Of a DNA stretch of 64,000 bases, positions 1 to 9,815 are shown in pieces. Origin of the DNA: Cyanobacteriota bacterium (GTDB lineage: Bacteria; Cyanobacteriota; Cyanobacteriia; Cyanobacteriales; Nostocaceae). The notes below the pieces were generated by a model. That model was given only the letters and a program-made list of their open reading frames with translations, was not told the DNA's origin and ran no database searches. The translations under genes and the position numbers were made by a program. Each line of letters starts with the position of its first letter. Within the stretch, counting starts at the first letter, position 1. The stretch is from the NCBI GenBank assembly GCA_046045965.1, contig JBJOKS010000020.1, positions 32,001 through 96,000 of the forward strand, written 5' to 3'.

Positions 1-1
1 A

Positions 2-2179
2 CATCTGTAAATAAGCTTTCTCCATTTCCCGCGCAAATTTCTTACCATTCCATAAAGGTGAAGTTTGTCGTGACTTGTTCAATTTCCATACTATTTCTTT
101 TCTTAAATTCTCATCCTTACCCAACCGTACACCCCACTCTACATACTCTTCATCACTCCAAGCTATACCTTCAGTTACACCCACATTCATCATCATTGTA
201 TAACTGTTACGAGCTGCAAATTGTTCCCCCACTCTGGTAACTAATGGTATTCCCATCCATAATGTTTCTAGGGTTGTGGTTGCACCGTTGTAGGGATAGG
301 TATCTAAAACAATATCAGCAATCAGTAAATTAGCACGATGTTCTTCACCTGTGGGTGCAGAAGGTAAAAATCTTAACTGTTTTAAATCAACTCCTTCTGC
401 TTCCGCAATAGGATTAATAAAATTTTCTAAATCTTCATTGTTAGCTCGAAAACTTTTGAGAACAAAATAACTATTAGGAACTTGTTTAATAATTCGCATT
501 TGTAAGCGAATATTATCAGGATTACGTTTTAATCCGGTTTGGGAACTAAAATAAATAATCCCATCTTCAGGAATATCTAAAGCTTCTCTACTAATAGTTG
601 GTGTTCCTACAGTAAAACCATCAACACCTATATAATTTTCTGGTAGTCGCCAAATCTTTTCCGTATAATATTCCTGTGCTGATTCTGGTAATACATAGTT
701 ATCAGCAATAAAGTAATCAACTGTGGGAAACCCAGTAGCATCAAAACCTAACCAACTAACCTGAATTGGTGCAGGTTTCAATGCTAAGATAGCACAATTG
801 GCATAGGAAGTTAGACTATCTAAATCAACTAAAATATCTATTTCATCTTCATTAATTTTATCTGCCATACTGACCATTGACAAGGTTTGTTGATGAAAAT
901 TATCTCCGTATTGTTTTTTATAATCATGTTGTTTTGGATCGTGCTTATTTTCCCGCAAGGAATATAAATGAACATCAAATTCCTGCCGATTATGATATTT
1001 TAATAACCACCAAGCTAAAAAACCGACAGAATGAGAACGAAAACATTCTGATAAATACCCTATTCTTAAAGGACGTTCACTTAAAGCCGGACGATGTGAG
1101 TGAAAAAGTTTTTGATAAGTGTTAATATTGTTAGGAAAACTTTTCCAAACTAGTTGTTGAGATAAAGCCGCTAACCCATTACGCAGAAATCTATTTTCCT
1201 GTGGATTATCTTCCATGTACAGCAAATATGAACCAAGAGGTAAAAGTTTAATTAAACTTTCACTTTCTGTTTTACTGTTTATTAGTTCAGACAATAAAAA
1301 TTTATATTTTTGGTAAGCTTGAATTGATTTTTCCCAACTCCCGCAAGATGTTAAAACTGATTCTACTAAATAGTGATTTCCAATCAGTTCATCTATTGGT
1401 TCTTGACTAATTTCTAAATACTTTTCTGCCCAAGTAATCGCTTCTTGAAAATAATCGCCACCTAGTCGTTGTAAAGGAGGAATTATTTTTCTAATCCCAT
1501 CTAAATCATTGGGGTTTAAACGCAAAGCTATTCTCACTAAATAAATTGCCTTGTGATAATAGCAAGAGCGATAATAGGCCTCCGATTTACTTTTAAGTAT
1601 TTCAATAATAGTTGTAGATGTTAATAAATAAGGAATAAATGCTTCAACTAATTGTTCAACAACAGTGGGAGGGTTAACAGGAGCAGGAGAAATTAATTTT
1701 TCCAGAACTAGGACTAATAATTTCTCATCAAAAACAGGTATTTCAGCCAGTTGAGATAGGGTTGTATTCAGGTGATTAATATTAGTTTCTTGATCAGCAA
1801 AATTTAACTCAATATCTAACTCAATCAGTTTTAAAAGATTATTAATATCATTAGGCACGAATTCTTTAATGTGTTGACGAATTACCCAAGCCAATTTATA
1901 GTTATTATAGTTAGAAATTGTTTCTTGCTGTAGGGCAGCATTTAATAAAATTTCTGTTAACTCTGACAACCATTTTTCTGATTCTTCTTCTCCTAATTCT
2001 AGAAATGGAGTCATCCAGGTAATTTGTGCTTCTTCTTCTCTACCCACTAATAATAAAGCTAGTCCTAAATACCAATAATTAGTAACTTCTGTGGGATTTT
2101 CACTAATATTTTGTTCATATTCTGGAATAGTTAATAAGCTAGGAATAGCAGCAACTTGATTATCTAACAGAGTAGTCAT
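2..2179 (-). CDS. ogtA: O-linked GlcNAc transferase (SPINDLY/GT41 family), 3' end runs off the window
   Basis: Not in the ORF track; translated by hand from ATG at 2179 (MTTLLDNQ...YWYLGLALLLVG). GT41 motifs RIGYLS..HSVG, DILVDLDSLT, KPAPIQVSWLGF and LDTYPYNGATTTLETLWMGIP. Lies directly downstream of pilA, as Nostoc punctiforme ogtA does. Confidence 0.88.
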   Translation of the reverse strand, partial: MTTLLDNQVAAIPSLLTIPEYEQNISENPTEVTNYWYLGLALLLVGREEEAQITWMTPFLELGEEESEKWLSELTEILLNAALQQETISNYNNYKLAWVIRQHIKEFVPNDINNLLKLIELDIELNFADQETNINHLNTTLSQLAEIPVFDEKLLVLVLEKLISPAPVNPPTVVEQLVEAFIPYLLTSTTIIEILKSKSEAYYRSCYYHKAIYLVRIALRLNPNDLDGIRKIIPPLQRLGGDYFQEAITWAEKYLEISQEPIDELIGNHYLVESVLTSCGSWEKSIQAYQKYKFLLSELINSKTESESLIKLLPLGSYLLYMEDNPQENRFLRNGLAALSQQLVWKSFPNNINTYQKLFHSHRPALSERPLRIGYLSECFRSHSVGFLAWWLLKYHNRQEFDVHLYSLRENKHDPKQHDYKKQYGDNFHQQTLSMVSMADKINEDEIDILVDLDSLTSYANCAILALKPAPIQVSWLGFDATGFPTVDYFIADNYVLPESAQEYYTEKIWRLPENYIGVDGFTVGTPTISREALDIPEDGIIYFSSQTGLKRNPDNIRLQMRIIKQVPNSYFVLKSFRANNEDLENFINPIAEAEGVDLKQLRFLPSAPTGEEHRANLLIADIVLDTYPYNGATTTLETLWMGIPLVTRVGEQFAARNSYTMMMNVGVTEGIAWSDEEYVEWGVRLGKDENLRKEIVWKLNKSRQTSPLWNGKKFAREMEKAYLQM

Positions 2180-2286
2180 AATTTAAAAATTTGCCCTCGT
2201 TTTGTAGTTGATTACTAAACAAACTTAGAAACACAAATATAGGGACTAACAACTGTTAACCCCTACATTATATTAAAACATTAGAT

Positions 2287-2321
2287 AAAAAATGCCAGAT
2301 GTATTTAGTTCATCTAGCATT
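2287..2321 (-). terminator. Intrinsic terminator after pilA
   Basis: Minus-strand stem AATGCTAGATG/CATCTGGCATT (one G-U pair) followed by a T tract, about 20 nt after the pilA stop. Confidence 0.65.
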
Positions 2322-2343
2322 ATCCATAACAAACCACTAAGTT

Positions 2344-2865
2344 TTACTTCATTCTTTCCATACCACCAGCACAAGTAGTCATACCAGGAGCGGTATCTAA
2401 TGTAGGTACAACACCAGCTGATTCACTTTCAACACCAGTTGTCTGACAAGCAATAGCTTCGGTTTGACCGGTAGTGAGAATAACCACACCACCACTAAAG
2501 CTCTTGAGAGAAGCAGCATCTCTAGCTATGGCTGTAAAAGTTGCAGTGGTGACATCACCATCAGGAGTATAATCATAAAAATCAGTTTGGGTAGGAATAC
2601 CAATTTGCAACTGGTCAATGGTGGTAGCAAACTGGGTATTTTCAATCCGATAAGATTGTTGCGCTCTGTTAACTGAACCTACATAGGTTTTAGCTTCAGA
2701 TTGTTTAGCTTTTGCTGCTTGGTTCAAGAAGGAAGGTAGAGCAATAGCAGATAGAATACCGATGATGATGATTACAACTAACAATTCAATCAGGGTGAAA
2801 CCTTCGTTATTTTTCTTTTTACCCAGAATGTGTTGTAAGAATTTGGCTTTCAGTTCAGTTTTCAT
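2344..2865 (-). CDS. pilA: Type IV major pilin
   Basis: Prepilin cleavage/methylation motif G|FTLIELLVVIIIIGILSAIALPSF and a C-terminal Cys pair. Confidence 0.93.
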   Translation of the reverse strand: MKTELKAKFLQHILGKKKNNEGFTLIELLVVIIIIGILSAIALPSFLNQAAKAKQSEAKTYVGSVNRAQQSYRIENTQFATTIDQLQIGIPTQTDFYDYTPDGDVTTATFTAIARDAASLKSFSGGVVILTTGQTEAIACQTTGVESESAGVVPTLDTAPGMTTCAGGMERMK

Positions 2866-2913
2866 AGTAGTTTTCCTTGGGGTGGAGTGTTGTTTGTTTC
2901 TCTATGCTAAGAA

Positions 2914-2944
2914 CTTACCCACATCTGATCAATTTCATATCACC
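2914..2944 (-). promoter_or_regulatory. Putative SigF-type promoter of pilA
   Basis: Minus strand GGTGATAT-N16-GGGTAAG about 50 nt upstream of the ATG; GGGTAAG matches the cyanobacterial SigF pilA promoter element. Confidence 0.6.
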
Positions 2945-3362
2945 TCCAGAAAAAATTTTTTTACTATTTGTTTTTAGAGGCTAACCAAGGTGGGTGAAAT
3001 TGGGCAAAACATTTATCCTGTAATACTTTCAGCTAACAAAAACCAAGGGAGAACTAGAGGAAAATTATTTTCTCCTCTAGAGGATATTGTGCAATTAGGG
3101 CTGAAAAGCAACATTTATATAAAGTATGTTGACGTAAGTAGGACAGATATGATCATAAATAGCTTTTAGTTACGCTAATTTTGGTTAAAATACCTCCGCC
3201 CGTGGTGAATCCCTGACAAAAGGAGTATTAAAGATGTTAGGTTGGGTTGAGGTTAGGAAACGCAATATTATTGAAGAAGCTTGTATTGGGCTACACTGTC
3301 TTTTAACATAGCCGACTTTGACGGTTGACTATTACATCCATTTCCTCAAACCAGAAAATTAT

Positions 3363-4334
3363 ATGTCTGTTTTTGTGCAAACCCTGAAAGAGCAAGGTCG
3401 TCTTGACCAAGTTCAAATCACAATATGTAATGTAGGTTCTCGTAAGTTATCATCAGCAGATGATTATGGTGCAGGAGCTTGGAATGTTTTTGCACCTAAT
3501 CTCACTATTTATGGCTTTGATGCGGATGCAGATGCTTGTGAAGATGCAGAAGCTGAATTAGAAGCCAGAGGAATTAATTGGACGGAAAAGCATATTCCCT
3601 TAGCATTGGGTAAATCTGTAGGTGAATCAACACTATATGTAACAAAAGATCCCATGTGTAGTTCACTGTATGAACCCAATGAGCCTTTTTTATCCAGATT
3701 TGCAGGTCTGCCAGAATTGTCGAACTTGGATTTTGCTTTAGAAATTGAAACCAGCACATTAGATGCTTTTTGTCAAGATGAGGGAATTGATACTATAGAT
3801 TTTTTACAAATTGATGTCCAAGGTGCAGATTTGCAAGTTTTACAAGGAGCATCGGAGATTTTAAACCGTGGTGTGCTGGGAGTGCAGATAGAAGTTGAGT
3901 TTTCACCTTTATACTTAAATCAACCTTTGTTTGCTGATGTTGATACCCATCTGAGAAATATTGGTTTTAGTCTCTTTGATTTAAAAGTTGCTCGCCGTCC
4001 TCGCACTAGTTCACCTGTAGTATCAAGAGATCACCCTGGACAAATACTATGGGGAGATGGTTTTTATTTTCAAGATCCCATAGGTCAAAACATCAATCCT
4101 GATCTTAAAAAACCTGATAAAATATTCAAGTTAGCTTGTATAGCTGATGTTTTAGGTTTTCTCGATTACGCTTTAGAGTTATTAGAATACTTAACAGTTC
4201 ATTATGGAAATAATCCAGAATACAACTTTGCTGAAACTATTATGAAGAGTTTATCTGAATTTCCTGAATTAGTTGAAAAAGGGTTAGATTCTCTCCCTAT
4301 AGTAGTTAAGATTAAACCCTATCTTAATAGATAA
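3363..4334 (+). CDS. FkbM-family methyltransferase
   Basis: Motifs NVGSR, YGFDAD, TLDAF, IDFLQIDVQGADLQVLQG, QPLFADVD. ATG at 3363 preferred over the TTG at 3318. Confidence 0.85.
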   Translation: MSVFVQTLKEQGRLDQVQITICNVGSRKLSSADDYGAGAWNVFAPNLTIYGFDADADACEDAEAELEARGINWTEKHIPLALGKSVGESTLYVTKDPMCSSLYEPNEPFLSRFAGLPELSNLDFALEIETSTLDAFCQDEGIDTIDFLQIDVQGADLQVLQGASEILNRGVLGVQIEVEFSPLYLNQPLFADVDTHLRNIGFSLFDLKVARRPRTSSPVVSRDHPGQILWGDGFYFQDPIGQNINPDLKKPDKIFKLACIADVLGFLDYALELLEYLTVHYGNNPEYNFAETIMKSLSEFPELVEKGLDSLPIVVKIKPYLNR

Positions 4335-4353
4335 AAAAATAGCTGTAAATAAT

Positions 4354-4429
4354 GTAGGTTGGATTAAGCAACAGCGCAACCCAACAAACGTTTATAAATG
4401 TTGGGTTTCCTTGAGTCAAACCAACCTAC
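4354..4429. repeat. GTAGGTTGG...CCAACCTAC REP-like dispersed palindrome
   Basis: Terminal inverted repeat with inner ACCCAACA/TGTTGGGT arms. Related copies at about 3238-3317, 6588-6660 and 38632-38705. Confidence 0.8.
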
Positions 4430-4438
4430 GATTTTGTG

Positions 4439-4975
4439 TTACAGATTTGGCTTTGTAGCTATAACGTTCAGGCTAATAAATGTATCTGAAATGCGGATTA
4501 TACTACAATCTTTAAATAAATTGAACTCGCTCACCTCCTCGTATTCTGTAAATCCAGATTCTTCTAAGTAAGCTGCTAGTATTTCAAAGTCAAAACCCAC
4601 CTTGTGAACATCATATATATTAGTTTGTCCACCAAATATAATCCGCATTAGGTATAGTCTATCCATAACTGTAAAATCTGGATGCAGATACAGCCAACAT
4701 AGCTTCCTTAAATCAGGAACACTAATCAAGAGTTTTCCACCTGGTTTGAGAACTCTATACCATTCTGTGAGGGTATTTATTAACTCGTTATCTATGCCAT
4801 AGTAAAAATGCTCTAGAACATGACTAGCATAAATGGCAGTAATAGAATTATCCTCAAATTGACTTAAATCTGATGCGTTACCAACATAATCTACCTCTGG
4901 ACGAGGTTCTACATCTAATATTTTCCAGTCTGGATGAGGTGATGTGCCACCAATGTGAAGTTTGATATCTGTCAT
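4439..4975 (-). CDS. Class I SAM-dependent methyltransferase (type 11-like)
   Basis: KLHIGG, IYASHVLEH and EWYRVLKPGG..ISVPD motifs; probable start MTDIK at 4975. Confidence 0.85.
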   Translation of the reverse strand: MTDIKLHIGGTSPHPDWKILDVEPRPEVDYVGNASDLSQFEDNSITAIYASHVLEHFYYGIDNELINTLTEWYRVLKPGGKLLISVPDLRKLCWLYLHPDFTVMDRLYLMRIIFGGQTNIYDVHKVGFDFEILAAYLEESGFTEYEEVSEFNLFKDCSIIRISDTFISLNVIATKPNL

Positions 4976-5067
4976 TTTATTTACTGTAGATAAACAAAGT
5001 GTAAAACATTTTTCCTGCAAGTCTAAAGACGCTATATGAAACGTCTCTATCTTTTTCAGTGGCAATT

Positions 5068-6405
5068 TTATGCTTGAGTCTCTAACATAATGTAATCAAA
5101 ATCCTCTAGTAGTAAAAGAAACTTTTGCAAAAGATGAAAAACCCTGAGTTTATCTATAGGTGCTGCGGTTAAAGGATCAATAGGTCTTAACTGTTGCCAT
5201 TGTGCCACTAAAGACATCATTGATAGAGGTTGATCAAACAAGAGTAGCAAACAGAGAGCCATTGAACTATCTACATAGACCAATTCCTCATTTAAAGCTA
5301 AATATTTACGGATAGGAAAGGTTTTACCTTCGCTGACACAAGCAATAAGGTCTTGTTTGAAACCAGGAGTTTTTAACTGTGGATGTAGATGTACTGTGGC
5401 TTTTTCCCATTCAGAGTCAGACCATTCTAAAACAGGTATAAAAGGATTTCCAGCTTGGGGATGTCCACACCAAAAATCTAGTAGTCTATGCACAGGGTGG
5501 AGTAGTTCAAATAATTGCAACTGTTCTTCTATGGAAGCTTCCGGTAAACTCATACCCAGAAAAGCAGGTAAGTTATCTGGATTTTTGAATAAGTTCATCA
5601 AGTCCCATTGTCGCCAATTTCTCATTTTGATAAACTCTAAATCAGCCGACCTTAAAGCTGAAAACATATCATTAATACTATAACCCTTATCACCTTGCAA
5701 CAAGTAATTAACTAAAATCCTTTCTTGTCCATTTTCGCTTTGATATATATTTAGATTAGGATTCCATATTGTAGCTTTGAGCGTAACATCATCCTTTAAA
5801 GCTGTCATGGTATCATTCACAATTTCTATTTCCATCTCTCCTGGAGTATCATCCATTAAACCCATCATTTTGCATATTTTTTGAGCGCGAAAATAATTAA
5901 ATCGCTGCATATAACTATGTAGGTTGGTGCGAATAATACCCTCTGGCTTTAGTACAGCTTTCATTGCTTGCAAAGCAACAGATATATCTGGTAAAAGATA
6001 GAGAACCTCATCACAGTTAATATAATCAAATTGATAATTTAACTCTGGTAAACTATAAATAGATAAAAGATGAAATTCAACATTATCAAAACCATGATAT
6101 TCTAAACGCTGCTGTGCAAGTTTAATTGACTCCTCTGATATATCAACACCGACAATTTTTGCATGAGGATTAGCTGATGCTAAAATTAATGATTTATAAC
6201 CAGAACCACATCCAGCATCTAAAATAACTTTATCTTTAGTGTCTATAACTTTCTGATTTCTCAAATAATAGGAAGTGATTATGTTATGAATATACAGTGC
6301 ATTAATATCATCTTTAGGAGATTTATCCAGGGGTATTCTAGGAAAAGGAGAACTATCAAATTGCTTACGAATTTTATCCCACAGTTCTGAGTTGGAATTA
6401 TTCAT
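5068..6405 (-). CDS. Class I SAM-dependent methyltransferase, paralog 1
   Basis: VILDAGCGSG, GVDIS, FDYINCDEVLY, VLKPEG; start MNNSNSELW matches the paralog's start. Confidence 0.88.
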   Translation of the reverse strand: MNNSNSELWDKIRKQFDSSPFPRIPLDKSPKDDINALYIHNIITSYYLRNQKVIDTKDKVILDAGCGSGYKSLILASANPHAKIVGVDISEESIKLAQQRLEYHGFDNVEFHLLSIYSLPELNYQFDYINCDEVLYLLPDISVALQAMKAVLKPEGIIRTNLHSYMQRFNYFRAQKICKMMGLMDDTPGEMEIEIVNDTMTALKDDVTLKATIWNPNLNIYQSENGQERILVNYLLQGDKGYSINDMFSALRSADLEFIKMRNWRQWDLMNLFKNPDNLPAFLGMSLPEASIEEQLQLFELLHPVHRLLDFWCGHPQAGNPFIPVLEWSDSEWEKATVHLHPQLKTPGFKQDLIACVSEGKTFPIRKYLALNEELVYVDSSMALCLLLLFDQPLSMMSLVAQWQQLRPIDPLTAAPIDKLRVFHLLQKFLLLLEDFDYIMLETQA

Positions 6406-6534
6406 GGTAATACCTCTTAATACTTGCTTGATTATGATACTCGCTGACACTATATGTCCATGTACAGGCATTTTATAAAATGCTTATACAATTTTGGTTT
6501 TATTTGGTTTCAGATAAATACACAGCCCAATATC

Positions 6535-6565
6535 AGTATGCCCCAATTTTTGAGATTTATATCAC
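6535..6565 (-). promoter_or_regulatory. Putative SigJ/SigF-type promoter (J-box-like GGGCATACT)
   Basis: GTGATAT-N15-GGGCATACT 130 nt upstream of the ATG; the same motif lies upstream of the paralog. Confidence 0.5.
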
Positions 6566-6663
6566 TATCGGGACTTTAATTAACAATGTAGGTTGGGTGA
6601 AAGCAAGGAAACCCAAAATGCTGGCAACTTGTGTTGGTTGGTGACTAACTACACCCGCACAGA

Positions 6664-8013
6664 CTAGCATACATATTGAGTTTCTAACATAATTACATCA
6701 ACATCCTCTAGAACCAAGAGTAGCTTTTGTATAAAGTGAAAAATTTCAGCTTTTTCTAGGGGTTCTTCTGTGAGAAGATTAAGTTTTCTAAACTTTTGCC
6801 AATATTCTACAAGGGACATCATTGATATAGGGTTTTCAAACAAGGGTAACAAGCACAAAGCCATTGCACTATCAATATCTACAAATTCCTCTGGTGAAGT
6901 TGTATTTTTCAAAGCTATATTTTTACGGATAGGGAAAGTTTTACCGTCCTTGACACAAGCAATAACGTCTGTTTTAAAATCAGAAGTATTGAATTGTGGA
7001 TGTAGATGTACAGTTGCATTTTCCCAGTAAAAATCAGACCATTCAGAAACAGGTACAAAAGAATGTGCAGTCTGGGGATGTCCACACCAAAAATCTAGTA
7101 ATCTATGCACAGGGTTGAGTAGTTCAAATAAATGTAAACTATCTTCTGTGGATATTTCCAGTAAACCCATTGCCAAAAAACCAGGTAAATTTTCTGGTTC
7201 TTTAAATAAGTTCATCAAGTCCCATTGTCGCCAATTGATCATTTTGATAAACTCTAAATCAGCTACCCTTAACGTTGAAAACATATCAGTGATGGTGTAA
7301 CCTTTATCTCCTTGAAATAAGAAATTCATGAGAATATGTTCTTTTCTTGTTTCTCCTTCAGACTGAGTATCCCAAGTCTTCTCTTTGAGATCCACATCAT
7401 CCTTTAAAGCTGTCATGAAATCTACAACAATATCTATTTCTAAATCTTCTGGGTTGCTATCCATCAAACCCATCATTTTAAATATTTCTTGACCACGAAA
7501 ATAAGAGAATCTTTGGAGTGAGCTATGTAAGTTACTACGAATGATTCCCTCTGGCTTTAATACAGCTTTCATTGCTTGTAAAGCTACTGCTATATCAGGA
7601 CAAAGATAGAGAACTTCATCACAGTTAATATAATCAAATTGATAATTTAATTGGGGTAAGTCCTCTATTGATGAAACATGAAACTCAACATTATCAAAAC
7701 CATGATATTCTAAACGCTGTTGTGCAAGTTTAACGGATTTTTCTGATAGATCAACACCGACAATTTTTGCACCTGGATTAGCTGATGCTAAAATTAAGGA
7801 CTTATAACCAGAACCACATCCAGCATCTAAAATAACTTTGTTTTTAGTATCTATTACTTTGTGATTTCTTAAATAGTAGGAAGTGATTAGGTTATGAAGA
7901 TAAAGTGCATTAATATCATCTTTCGGGGATTTATTAATAGAATCATTAGGATAAGGTGTGCTATCAAATTGCTGGCGAATTTTCTCCCACAGTTCCGAGT
8001 TAGCATTATTCAT
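6664..8013 (-). CDS. Class I SAM-dependent methyltransferase, paralog 2
   Basis: Same motifs as 5068-6405, with long near-identical stretches. Confidence 0.88.
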   Translation of the reverse strand: MNNANSELWEKIRQQFDSTPYPNDSINKSPKDDINALYLHNLITSYYLRNHKVIDTKNKVILDAGCGSGYKSLILASANPGAKIVGVDLSEKSVKLAQQRLEYHGFDNVEFHVSSIEDLPQLNYQFDYINCDEVLYLCPDIAVALQAMKAVLKPEGIIRSNLHSSLQRFSYFRGQEIFKMMGLMDSNPEDLEIDIVVDFMTALKDDVDLKEKTWDTQSEGETRKEHILMNFLFQGDKGYTITDMFSTLRVADLEFIKMINWRQWDLMNLFKEPENLPGFLAMGLLEISTEDSLHLFELLNPVHRLLDFWCGHPQTAHSFVPVSEWSDFYWENATVHLHPQFNTSDFKTDVIACVKDGKTFPIRKNIALKNTTSPEEFVDIDSAMALCLLPLFENPISMMSLVEYWQKFRKLNLLTEEPLEKAEIFHFIQKLLLVLEDVDVIMLETQYVC

Positions 8014-8138
8014 AATAATACCTCTTAATAGCTAAGTTGATTATGATACTAGCTGATGGTTATTGATTATGTACAGATATTTAAGAAAATAACCATAAAT
8101 ATTTGTGTCCATTTTATGTAAGCATACAGCCCAAAATC

Positions 8139-8170
8139 AGTATGCCCCAAAATTGCAAATTTATATCACC
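8139..8170 (-). promoter_or_regulatory. Putative SigJ/SigF-type promoter (J-box-like GGGCATACT)
   Basis: GGTGATAT-N15-GGGCATACT 126 nt upstream of the ATG at 8013. Confidence 0.5.
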
Positions 8171-8227
8171 ACCGTTCAGTTATGCTATATTAAATTAAAC
8201 GTAGTCGTTATGAGTTTGTATAACAGT

Positions 8228-9589
8228 ATGACAAATTCCAAAGCAGAAAACTTAGTCATTATCGGTTCTGGACCTGCTGGTTACACAGCAGCTATCTATG
8301 CAGGAAGAGCAAATTTAAAACCAGTGGTGTTTGAAGGTTTCCAAGCTGGGGGTTTACCCGGTGGACAACTGATGACAACCACCGAAGTTGAGAACTTCCC
8401 AGGGTTTCCCCAAGGTATCACCGGACCAGACTTGATGGATAATATGAAAGCACAGGCAGAACGGTGGGGAGCAGAATTATATACTGAAGATGTGATATCA
8501 GTTGATTTAAGTCAACGTCCTTTTATTATCCGTTCCCAGGAAAGAGAAGTAAAAGCACATAGTTTAATTATCGCTACTGGTGCAACAGCTAAACGTTTAG
8601 GTTTACCCAGTGAACATCAATTTTGGAGTCGGGGAATTTCCGCTTGTGCAATTTGTGATGGTGCAACCCCCATCTTTCGCGGTGCAGAGTTAGCGGTTAT
8701 TGGTGCGGGAGACTCAGCAGCAGAAGAAGCTATTTATTTAACTAAATATGGTTCTATTGTACATTTATTAGTCCGTTCTGATAAAATGCGGGCTTCTAAA
8801 GCTATGCAAGATCGAGTTTTAAGTAACCCGAAAATTAAGGTACATTGGCATACAGAAGCGGTGGATGTCATTGGTAAGGGTAATATGACCGGTGTGCAAG
8901 TCCGTAATAAACAAACTGGGGAAGAAAGTACAATTAAAGCTAAAGGTTTATTTTACGCCGTTGGTCACAAGCCCAATACGGAGCTATTTCAGGGACAATT
9001 AGAATTGGATGAGGTGGGGTACATTACCACTAAACATGGTGGTGTAGAAACCAGTGTAGATGGTGTATTTGCCGCTGGTGATGTGCAGGATCATGAATTT
9101 AGGCAAGCGATTACAGCAGCGGGTACTGGTTGTATGGCGGCCATGTTAGCGGAAAGATGGTTATCATCAAAGAATTTAATTCATGAGTTCCATCATCAAC
9201 CAGAAACAGCAAATAATGAGTTAGCAACACAACCAGAAACACAGAAAACAGAAACAGAGTTTAATTTGCAAGCAACACGCCATATAGGAGGTTATGCTTT
9301 AAGAAAATTATTTCATGAGAGCGATCGCTTGTTGTTGGTAAAATATGTTTCTCCTGGTTGTGGTCCTTGTCACACTTTGAAACCGATATTAAATAAAGTC
9401 GTCGATGAATTTGATGGTAAGATTCACTTTATCGAAATCGACATTGATAAAGATAGAGACATAGCAGAAAATGCTGGTATAGTTGGTACACCTACGGTAC
9501 AGATATTTAAAGATAAGGAATTGGTAAAAGAAGTGAAAGGTGTAAAACAGAAAAGTGAATATCGACAGTTAATTGAAAGTAATCTGTAG
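8228..9589 (+). CDS. ntrC: NADPH-thioredoxin reductase C (TrxB fused to thioredoxin)
   Basis: [12 protein letters not shown] redox centre, GAGDSA, and a C-terminal thioredoxin domain with CGPC. Probable start at 8228. Confidence 0.93.
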   Translation: MTNSKAENLVIIGSGPAGYTAAIYAGRANLKPVVFEGFQAGGLPGGQLMTTTEVENFPGFPQGITGPDLMDNMKAQAERWGAELYTEDVISVDLSQRPFIIRSQEREVKAHSLIIATGATAKRLGLPSEHQFWSRGISACAICDGATPIFRGAELAVIGAGDSAAEEAIYLTKYGSIVHLLVRSDKMRASKAMQDRVLSNPKIKVHWHTEAVDVIGKGNMTGVQVRNKQTGEESTIKAKGLFYAVGHKPNTELFQGQLELDEVGYITTKHGGVETSVDGVFAAGDVQDHEFRQAITAAGTGCMAAMLAERWLSSKNLIHEFHHQPETANNELATQPETQKTETEFNLQATRHIGGYALRKLFHESDRLLLVKYVSPGCGPCHTLKPILNKVVDEFDGKIHFIEIDIDKDRDIAENAGIVGTPTVQIFKDKELVKEVKGVKQKSEYRQLIESNL

Positions 9590-9614
9590 GGACTGGGTAA
9601 TGGGTAATAAATTC

Positions 9615-9732
9615 CTCGTTCCCTGGTTCTACCAGGGAATGCACTCAGGAGTCTCTGACTCCACCCACTACTATACTTTAATTTGAGGCAGAGCCTCAAT
9701 ATTTGCATTCCCAGTCTGAGACTGGGAACGAG
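9615..9732. repeat. CTCGTTCCC...GGGAACGAG multi-hairpin dispersed element
   Basis: Inverted ends and internal palindromes (TTCCCAGTCTGAGACTGGGAA); same family as 49759-49953. Confidence 0.8.
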
Positions 9733-9747
9733 AGCAAAGTTTTTTAT

Positions 9748-9778
9748 CTGTTCCCTGTTCCCTGTTCCCTGTTCCCTG
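9748..9778. repeat. STRR heptamer tract (CTGTTCC)n
   Basis: About 4 tandem copies. Confidence 0.85.
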
Positions 9779-9815
9779 CCTGAACAGATATGATAACTAT
9801 TAAAACAAAGATGAT

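Noticed and set aside
58..1125. Plus-strand ORFs 58-240 and 877-1125
   Set aside because: Antisense shadows of the long minus-strand ogtA frame. The same applies to most short ORFs overlapping larger genes in the track.
8105..8227. N-terminal extension of NtrC in the ORF track
   Set aside because: Overlaps the duplicated promoter block of the methyltransferase; the TrxB-like sequence begins near 8228.
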